Origin: Gemmatimonadota bacterium
GTDB lineage: Bacteria; Gemmatimonadota; Gemmatimonadetes; Gemmatimonadales; GWC2-71-9
Direction: 5' to 3'
Length of the DNA: 15,673 nucleotides
NCBI GenBank assembly: GCA_039586365.1
Contig: JBDHKN010000116.1
Coordinates: 1-15,673 of the forward strand
Of this stretch, positions 6,061 to 12,310 are shown piece after piece (position 1 is the stretch's first letter; each line of letters starts with the position of its first letter). Made by a program: the position numbers and the translations under genes. The notes under the pieces were generated by a model. It was not told where the DNA came from. It was given only the letters and a program-made list of their open reading frames with translations, and ran no database searches.

Positions 6061-7551
6061 GTGGACCGTCGCCAATTCGTTCATTCAGCTATCGCCGCCG
6101 GCGTTGCCGGATCTGCTCAGTGGCTCTCAGCATGTGAACGCAGAGCGCCTGCTGCCAGGCAGGCGGACGCGAGCATCGCTGCCGTATCGCTCGACGGCAG
6201 CGAGATAGAGCTGGAGAGTGCTGCGGTCAGAGAGCTGGGAGAAGCGATTTCGGGACCGGTCATGCTCGCCGGCCATCCTCAATACGACACCGTGCGCAGG
6301 ATCTGGAACGGAATGCACGACAAACGTCCGGCTCTCATCGCTCGCTGCCTGAGCGTGGAAGACGTGAGTCATGCCGTGACGTTTGCGCGCGAACGCGAGT
6401 TGCTCGTCGCAGTGCGCGGCGGCGGCCACAGCTGGCCGGGCAAATCGGTGTGCGACGGCGGCATGATGATCGACCTGTCGCAGATGAATAGCGTCAGGGT
6501 AGACCCCGACAGGCGGAGCGCGTACGCTCAGGGCGGCGCCCTGCTAAACGGACTCGACACCGCCGCACGAGAGCACGGGCTGATAACGACCGCTGGCGTA
6601 GTTTCCCATACCGGTGTCGGCGGCTTCACGCTCGGCGGCGGCTTCGGTCGTCTCAACCGCAAGTTCGGACTGACGATCGACAACCTGAAGTCCGCTGAGA
6701 TTACCACGGCGGACGGACAAACCCGCAGGATCAGCGAGGAAGAGCAGCCGGATCTGTTCTGGGCGATCCGTGGTGGCGGCGGCAATTTCGGCGTCGTGAC
6801 GGAGTTCGAGTATCAACTGCATCCGTTCCCGCTCGAAGTGTTGTCGGGCACCGTCGTCTGGCCCATCGAGCAGGCGCGCGAAGTGCTCGACTTCTATGCC
6901 GAGTGGTATGCGGGCTTGTCGGACGAGCTCTATGTTGGCCCGGCAATGATGACGACTCCGGAAGGCCAGGGCGTGCTGGGCATGGAAGTCGTGTATGCCG
7001 GCGATCCCGTCACCGGTGAGAAGGAGCTCGCACCCCTGCTGGGCGTCGGCCGACCGATCGAGAACGGCGTCGATCTGAAAGACTACATGGTGATGCAGAC
7101 GCAGGAGGACGCGCTAGCGCATCACGGCATTCGATCGTATGCCAAGAACGGTATGGTTAAGGAGACAACGCCGGCCTTCGTCGACGCGATGATCGAAGCG
7201 TATCGGCCCGATCCCCGGATCGCCATGTTCTCGCACACGGCCGGCGGCGCGGTTGGCCGCGTCGACGAGCTTGCCACTGCGTTCCCCCATCGCAACGCGG
7301 AGACGATGCTCGTGTTCGTCAGCTTGTGGAATGAGCCGGCCGAGGACGAGGAAGCCATCGCGGGCACCCGTGACTGGTACAACCATCTGGAGCCGTTCAC
7401 GGGCGGTTACTATCAGAACATCGAGTACGATATCGACGCGACGGCCGCGGGGAACTACGGGCCCGCCTACCAGCGTCTCGCGCAGGTCAAGGGCCGCTAC
7501 GATCCGATGAACATGTTCCGGCTGAACAGTAACGTGCAACCGGCAACCTAG
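6061..7551 (+). CDS. FAD-binding oxidoreductase, VAO/berberine-bridge-enzyme family; predicted Tat-exported lipoprotein (496 aa)
   Basis: RGGGHS flavinylation motif, TGVGGFTLGGGFG, DLFWAIRGGGGNFGVVT and the C-terminal BBE motif NYGPAYQRLAQVKGRYDPMNMFRLN. Perfect SD AAGGAGGT (6048-6055) supports GTG 6061. Twin-arginine DRRQFV and lipobox LSAC. Confidence 0.93.
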   Translation: MDRRQFVHSAIAAGVAGSAQWLSACERRAPAARQADASIAAVSLDGSEIELESAAVRELGEAISGPVMLAGHPQYDTVRRIWNGMHDKRPALIARCLSVEDVSHAVTFARERELLVAVRGGGHSWPGKSVCDGGMMIDLSQMNSVRVDPDRRSAYAQGGALLNGLDTAAREHGLITTAGVVSHTGVGGFTLGGGFGRLNRKFGLTIDNLKSAEITTADGQTRRISEEEQPDLFWAIRGGGGNFGVVTEFEYQLHPFPLEVLSGTVVWPIEQAREVLDFYAEWYAGLSDELYVGPAMMTTPEGQGVLGMEVVYAGDPVTGEKELAPLLGVGRPIENGVDLKDYMVMQTQEDALAHHGIRSYAKNGMVKETTPAFVDAMIEAYRPDPRIAMFSHTAGGAVGRVDELATAFPHRNAETMLVFVSLWNEPAEDEEAIAGTRDWYNHLEPFTGGYYQNIEYDIDATAAGNYGPAYQRLAQVKGRYDPMNMFRLNSNVQPAT

Positions 7552-7614
7552 TCCCCGGTTGTCTGGCTGCCGAGAGAAGTCAGTTGCGTTTAAGAATCCG
7601 AAAAGGGGAGATAC

Positions 7615-8004
7615 ATGGCCGACATTACCGATACGATTCGCGGTGCCTATGCCGCATTTGCAAAGGGGGACATACCGGCGGTTCTTTCCGTGCTCGATCC
7701 GAAGGTGAGTTGGGTAGAGGCGGAGGGCTTCCCGTACGGAGGCACCTATAGCGGTCCAGACGCTGTCCTACAAGGCGTGTTCATGAAGCTCGGTACGGAA
7801 TGGGACGGGTACGCTGCCGTTGCTCATGAATTCGTGACGGAGGGGAATACTGTTGTAGCCCTTGGTGAATACAGCGGCGCGTACAAGGCGACGGGGAAAT
7901 CGTTCAAGGCACCTTTTGTCCATGTCTGGAAGTTTCAAAATGGGAAAGTGGTGTCATTTGACCAGCACACGGATACCGTGGTAGTTCAGCAAGCCCTGCA
8001 GTAG
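7615..8004 (+). CDS. SnoaL-like / ketosteroid-isomerase-like NTF2-fold protein
   Basis: YAAFAKGDIPAVL..LDPKVSW.EAEGFPYGGTY.G...TGKSF...FVHVWKFQNGKVVSFDQHTDT. SD AAGGGGAG. More A/T-ending codons than the upstream gene. Confidence 0.9.
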   Translation: MADITDTIRGAYAAFAKGDIPAVLSVLDPKVSWVEAEGFPYGGTYSGPDAVLQGVFMKLGTEWDGYAAVAHEFVTEGNTVVALGEYSGAYKATGKSFKAPFVHVWKFQNGKVVSFDQHTDTVVVQQALQ

Positions 8005-8012
8005 TGTAGGCC

Positions 8013-8080
8013 GCCTAGCAAAGCGCTGCCACCCGTATGGTCAATGGTGGATACTGACCTGGCAGTCGAATCGATTGGGC
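8013..8080 (+). repeat. Degenerate attC-like imperfect inverted repeat directly after the NTF2 gene
   Basis: GCCTAGC, 5 nt, GCTGCCA ... GGTCA/TGACC inner stem ... TGGCAGT, 7 nt, ATTGGGC. 68 bp with R/L-box geometry, but both AAC and GTT cores carry one change. Confidence 0.35.
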
Positions 8081-8415
8081 GTCCTGGAGCGCTTCCGACT
8101 CGTCCTGGAGGAGGGGAAGAACTACCCGCGACCCCGACTGCGTGACGGTCGCAAGCACCCCGCCGACCCCGTGTGGCGCCCGGGGATTTCGCAGCAAGGA
8201 CGTCCCGCTACGTGCCCAGCTCAGCGACACTGACCCCGGCATGGCGGAGGATCGCGCTCGCAGCCCGGGATTTTGAAAGGCGCGGTCACCGGCCGCCGTT
8301 GCCGCGCGAGCCCGGCGCGGTGCGAACCTCGTAGGCGGGCCGCGCGGGCCTGGGTGAAGGAGCCTTTGCTATCAACCGCAGCACCTCTGCGACCGCCCGG
8401 ACCACGGGCAGGACC

Positions 8416-8868
8416 CTACATCACGTCACACACCAAGCGGCCCTTGATGTCAATCGTCTTGCCCGCCTCGGACGTGAGGCTCGCTGCCTCGTACGTCAGC
8501 GAGATCCGCGGGAGGCCAAACTGGCCGGTACCGCCGTCCTCGATGATGACGCTGCCCTCGCCCTTGAGTCGGTCGTCTACCGAGAAGTCGTTTAGGGCGG
8601 CTAGCGAGTCGGGTGCTGCAACCATGAAGGTGGCGTCGTGCTCGCCCGGACTCTTGGTGTCCGTCTCGATCGAGACAATCCATTCCCCGAGCGTACGGAC
8701 GAGGAATGCCTCATCGGTGAGCGAACACATAACCACGTCCTCTTCGCGGTTCTCGAGACTCACGGTCCCCAATACCGTGTACTCGATCGACGCCTGCGCA
8801 CGCACCGGCGAGACGCTCACGAGGGCGAACAGTAACGGCAACAGCAATACGGATCTACTCTGGTGCAC
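8416..8868 (-). CDS. Hypothetical secreted beta-rich protein (150 aa)
   Basis: SD GGAGGGG before GTG 8868. Signal MHQSRSVLLLPLLFALVSVSPVRA/Q. Two Cys, one early in the mature chain and one near the C-terminus. High GC3 in this frame. Confidence 0.78.
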   Translation of the reverse strand: MHQSRSVLLLPLLFALVSVSPVRAQASIEYTVLGTVSLENREEDVVMCSLTDEAFLVRTLGEWIVSIETDTKSPGEHDATFMVAAPDSLAALNDFSVDDRLKGEGSVIIEDGGTGQFGLPRISLTYEAASLTSEAGKTIDIKGRLVCDVM

Positions 8869-9074
8869 GGCCCCTCCAGATAGCTGTCCCACGAAAAATC
8901 CCTGGGTCACGCGCTCCGCTGCGACGTAAGCGCAGCCCGAGTCACGTCCCTAAGCGGGGAAACCTATCCGTTCGCGTTAGGGATTTGAATCCTGCATCGA
9001 GGAGGCACCAAGCTTCGGTTGAAACGTGTTCGGTAGGTCTAGCGAGGTTCCTCCCATGGCGATCAGGTGGCGTG

Positions 9075-9185
9075 TCAGATGTCGGGCACCAGCTCGGGTG
9101 TGTCCGGCTCGTGTACCGTCCACCACGACAGATCGTGGCGCTGGCAGCCGGCTACGAAGCGGGTCTTGGAGCGTCGGTGAGCCAT
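9075..9185 (-). CDS. Possible 36-aa small ORF or gene fragment
   Basis: AGGAG-8nt-ATG, then MAHRRSKTRFVAGCQRHDLSWWTVHEPDTPELVPDI*. Not listed in the ORF track. Confidence 0.3.
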   Translation of the reverse strand: MAHRRSKTRFVAGCQRHDLSWWTVHEPDTPELVPDI

Positions 9186-9270
9186 TGTGGTACTCCTGGC
9201 TCTGATGTCGGTAAGCTACTCGGAACCCGTGACAAGCCTGACGCTGGCCCGAAACCCCTGAGGTCTTCAG

Positions 9271-10134
9271 CTAGAAGCGTAACTGAAGGCTCCACCGAGT
9301 AGGCGAGACATTGAGACTCAACCGGTCGGCCGCACTCCTCTTGTGCAACGCGGGCACCAAATAGCCAACAGCACCGCCCGCCAGCGCGCCAGCGATTACA
9401 TCGGAAGGAAAATGTACGCCGGCTTTCACGCGGGAATATCCCGTCAGCGCCGCAAGAGAAAGCGTCGAGCCCCATATGAGATAGGACCAGGTTGAGTTTC
9501 CATGAATGTCCATGAACACCTTGGATGTGAAGGTTGCTGCAGCAAAGGCGGCAGCGACGTGCCCTGAGAAGAAGGAGAAGAACACGTCATTCTCGCTCGA
9601 GCTTGCGATTGAGTATCTCTCGTCGACACTCAGCGACGTATTGTACGCATAGGGCCGCTTGCGACCGGCTACGCCCTTCGCCATGTATGTGACGCCCACG
9701 GTGCACAGATACAGTTCCCCAAACATCGTCGCCAACACGACGGGCGCGGTCAGCTTGCCCCGGAGCAGCCAGTATGTGGCTTCAGTGCCCGAGAGTAACA
9801 GAGCTGCACGTACCAGCCAGTCTCGATAATCATCGCTTCGGTCACTCCAGTCGGATGACCAGTTGTGCGTAGCGACACGATCGAACCAGTTCACATCATG
9901 ACGACCGAGCCCGCTTATCTCGGTCCGTGTAATGGGCTCATACCCATCCCGCAAAGACTCGCCCCATAGCGATAAGCCAAATGACACTGGCACTATCACC
10001 AGCTCCTGTTCCCCTAGCACATACGGGAATGATCGGTCTTGCGCTCGGGCGTGAGTCGCGATAGCAAGAAGCGAAAGGGCAAGACATACCATCCCTGTCA
10101 GCCGCCGAGAAAGCAGGCACTTGTCCTGTGTCAT
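9271..10134 (-). CDS. PAP2 (type 2 phosphatidic acid phosphatase) superfamily membrane phosphatase with signal peptide (287 aa)
   Basis: C1 KGVAGRKRP, C2 FFSGH, C3 SRVKAGVHFPSD. SD AGGGGAG supports ATG 10134. Signal ending HARA/Q. Confidence 0.9.
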   Translation of the reverse strand: MTQDKCLLSRRLTGMVCLALSLLAIATHARAQDRSFPYVLGEQELVIVPVSFGLSLWGESLRDGYEPITRTEISGLGRHDVNWFDRVATHNWSSDWSDRSDDYRDWLVRAALLLSGTEATYWLLRGKLTAPVVLATMFGELYLCTVGVTYMAKGVAGRKRPYAYNTSLSVDERYSIASSSENDVFFSFFSGHVAAAFAAATFTSKVFMDIHGNSTWSYLIWGSTLSLAALTGYSRVKAGVHFPSDVIAGALAGGAVGYLVPALHKRSAADRLSLNVSPTRWSLQLRF

Positions 10135-10205
10135 TGTGCTCCCCTGAGTACGCCCTGTTTGGCCAGGGCTCGAGTGACGGCTGGACAGAATCACCACCGC
10201 TACTC

Positions 10206-10236
10206 ATACAACGAAACAAGCCGGCACTTCTACCAA
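10206..10236 (-). promoter_or_regulatory. Candidate ECF-sigma promoter for the PAP2 gene
   Basis: Minus strand TTGGTAGA-N15-CGTTGTAT, matching the motif upstream of fecR. Confidence 0.5.
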
Positions 10237-10493
10237 TCGTGCCCTGGTCGCGCCATCCGGGCAACCGGCTCGACAACGGCGACCCTGCTTGCCATCGGCG
10301 CGCTGGCGGGCGATCGCAGCGCTGGTGCTGCCGCACGGAGCGGGGCGGAACCGCGGCGACTTAGGTGGCGCCCGCGACCGTGGCGTCTCGACGGCGTAAG
10401 CCAACTCGGCACTAATGACCGCGCGCGAAGTCTCACGGTTCGTAATCGGCTCCCGCCCCGTCGTCTCGCAGCCGACCCTTGGCATCAGTACAG

Positions 10494-10507
10494 AACATAG
10501 CTATGTT
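10494..10507. promoter_or_regulatory. Perfect 14-bp palindrome, possible operator upstream of the ECF sigma gene
   Basis: AACATAGCTATGTT, followed by the palindrome TATCGATA (10511-10518), in an AT-rich patch of the divergent intergenic region. Confidence 0.4.
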
Positions 10508-10639
10508 ACATATCGATACGGTGGGTTGGGTGGTCCGATGTGCAGGAAGCTAAGGAGACCACCGGAGTAGGGTGCCTGTCACCGGCAGGTCGGCCCGGTG
10601 TCTGGGCCGATCGGGTGCCCTGGGAGACCCGATCAACAC

Positions 10640-11242
10640 ATGCCCTCCAACGACTCAGATCTTGATCTGTTGGCTCGCATTCGCAAGGGTGACGTGCGAG
10701 CCTTGGGTATCATCCTTGAACGCTATTGGATTCAAGTCGTGCGCCATGCCGCAGCGATCCTCGGTAGCACCACCAGTGCAGAGGACATTGCGCAGGAGAC
10801 TTTTGTTCGCATTTGGGAGCGCCGCGAGACATGGAAACTGAACGGCTCCCTGCGCGGTCTGCTGTTCATGATCTCTCGTAATCTCAGCCTCGATGAGCTG
10901 AGGAGGGATGTAACTCACATTCGTGCCGTGCGATATAGCTCAGGTGTGTCGCAGTTCCCGTCACCAGAAGAGCACTTCATTGGGACTGAGCTTGACCGAG
11001 CGTACTCCCACGCACTCAAGGCACTTCCGGAGCGACGTCGCGAAGTCTACTTGCTGGTGCGTCACCACGGGCTCTCGCACCAAGATGTAGCCCAGGCACT
11101 TTCCCTGTCACCGCAGACCGTCGCGAATCATGTCAGGCTCGCACTCATTGATCTCCGCGAGGCCCTTGCAGTCCACCTCTCCAGTTCCCCGACAGACTCG
11201 TCAAACCACGAGGATGGGCCAACCAGACTCCACCTGGCTTGA
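10640..11242 (+). CDS. ECF sigma-70 factor (FecI-like, 200 aa)
   Basis: Region 2 AEDIAQETFVRIWERR...LFMISRNLSLDELRR. Region 4 LPERRREVYLLVRHHGLSHQDVAQALSLSPQTVANHVRLAL. GGGAGA upstream of ATG 10640. Confidence 0.93.
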   Translation: MPSNDSDLDLLARIRKGDVRALGIILERYWIQVVRHAAAILGSTTSAEDIAQETFVRIWERRETWKLNGSLRGLLFMISRNLSLDELRRDVTHIRAVRYSSGVSQFPSPEEHFIGTELDRAYSHALKALPERRREVYLLVRHHGLSHQDVAQALSLSPQTVANHVRLALIDLREALAVHLSSSPTDSSNHEDGPTRLHLA

Positions 11243-11305
11243 GTGACGGCCGCCTCACAATCGGTCCAGGAACGCCATAACTGCGAATCTCAGTCGTCCA
11301 GGCCG

Positions 11306-11335
11306 TTGGTAGATGCCGAACTGCCACTCGTGTAT
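11306..11335 (+). promoter_or_regulatory. Candidate ECF-sigma promoter for fecR-TBDR-lipoprotein
   Basis: TTGGTAGA-N15-CGTGTAT ending 9 nt before ATG 11345, which lacks an SD. Confidence 0.5.
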
Positions 11336-11344
11336 TGGGTGACC

Positions 11345-12310
11345 ATGACTGATGACACCGTAATCGAGAACTTGATCGTCCGGGTTCTCGAAGGCGTGGC
11401 TGGCGATCGCGGCCAAGGCCAGCTCGAAGCCTGGCGTCGTGCCAAGCCCGAGAACGAACGAACCTTCCAGGAATTCGTACGTGTGTGGGAGCTCGGCGAG
11501 GACAGAAGGCTTGCGGCTATCGTGTCGTCCCCACCGCCGCTCGAGCGCATCACCGCCCAAGCCGAACGCCGCAGGACACAGGTGATTCCGTTGCTCCGGC
11601 CGCGGAATCCACGCCGACTGCGTTTCGTGTGGGCTGCAGCCGCGGTCATGGCGATAGCAGTAGGTGTTGGCGTGGCGAGAATGGTCCAGGAACCGCTGTT
11701 GGTGCTGTCGACCGGACCATTGGAGACAGCGACGACCCAGCTGGCAGATGGTAGCATTGTCCGTTTGGGTCCCGCCAGCCGGGCAGAAGTTCGCGGTACG
11801 GACCAGCGCTCGGTGCACCTGGAGGGAAGCGCGTTCTTTGCTGTAGCGACGGATTCAGTGACTCCGTTCATGGTGCACACCGAGGTCGGCTTTGCGGAAG
11901 TGAAGGGTACGCGCTTCGAAGTTCGAGCCGCTGCTGATTCGCTTCGCCTGGTAGTTGTCGAGGGACGTGTGAACCTGTCAGCCAACGGGAGCAACGTGAC
12001 AGTGGATCACGGAGCGGTCAGCAGGATTGTCGCCGGGTTGGCCCCTTCCTCTCCCGAACAGACCGATGTGTGGCAGCTCCTCGAGTGGCCCGGAGGCCTC
12101 CTGATCTACCAGGCCACTCCTCTCGATCAGGTCGTCAAGGAAGTCGCCGCGTTCTTCGATCGGCCGATCATCTTGCGAAATGCCGAGCTGTCAAAGACGA
12201 GGGTAACGGCTTGGTTCGAAGATCAGTCGTTCGAGGAAGTCGTGACGACCCTATGCGCGGTATTGGGCGTCGATTGCCGACTCGGTGACGCAGCTGAGGT
12301 GGGTACGTGA
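11345..12310 (+). CDS. fecR: FecR-family anti-sigma / transmembrane sensor (321 aa)
   Basis: N-terminal LEAWRRAKPENERTF...VW, single TM WAAAAVMAIAVGV, LADGSIVRLGPAS, LEGSAFFAV, the VKGTRFEV Gly-Thr self-cleavage site, VVEGRV, and C-terminal W..GLLIYQATPLDQVV. The track start at 11243 is probably too early. Confidence 0.92.
   Translation: MTDDTVIENLIVRVLEGVAGDRGQGQLEAWRRAKPENERTFQEFVRVWELGEDRRLAAIVSSPPPLERITAQAERRRTQVIPLLRPRNPRRLRFVWAAAAVMAIAVGVGVARMVQEPLLVLSTGPLETATTQLADGSIVRLGPASRAEVRGTDQRSVHLEGSAFFAVATDSVTPFMVHTEVGFAEVKGTRFEVRAAADSLRLVVVEGRVNLSANGSNVTVDHGAVSRIVAGLAPSSPEQTDVWQLLEWPGGLLIYQATPLDQVVKEVAAFFDRPIILRNAELSKTRVTAWFEDQSFEEVVTTLCAVLGVDCRLGDAAEVGT

Noticed and set aside
8081..8260. Open stretches VLERFRLVLEEGKNYPRP... 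and SKDVPLRAQLSDTDPG...
   Set aside because: May be gene debris, but no start or family could be assigned without blastx.
8947..8983. TCCCTAA/TTAGGGA inverted repeat as an attC site
   Set aside because: Only 37 bp, too short for attC, and it lacks L boxes.
10319..10370. GCGGAACCGCGGCGACTTAGGTGGC resembling an attC right half
   Set aside because: No GTT core and no RYYYAAC partner, so too degenerate to support.
11243..11344. Upstream GTG start of fecR given in the ORF track
   Set aside because: The extra 34 aa are not FecR-like and contain the candidate promoter; ATG 11345 fits better.
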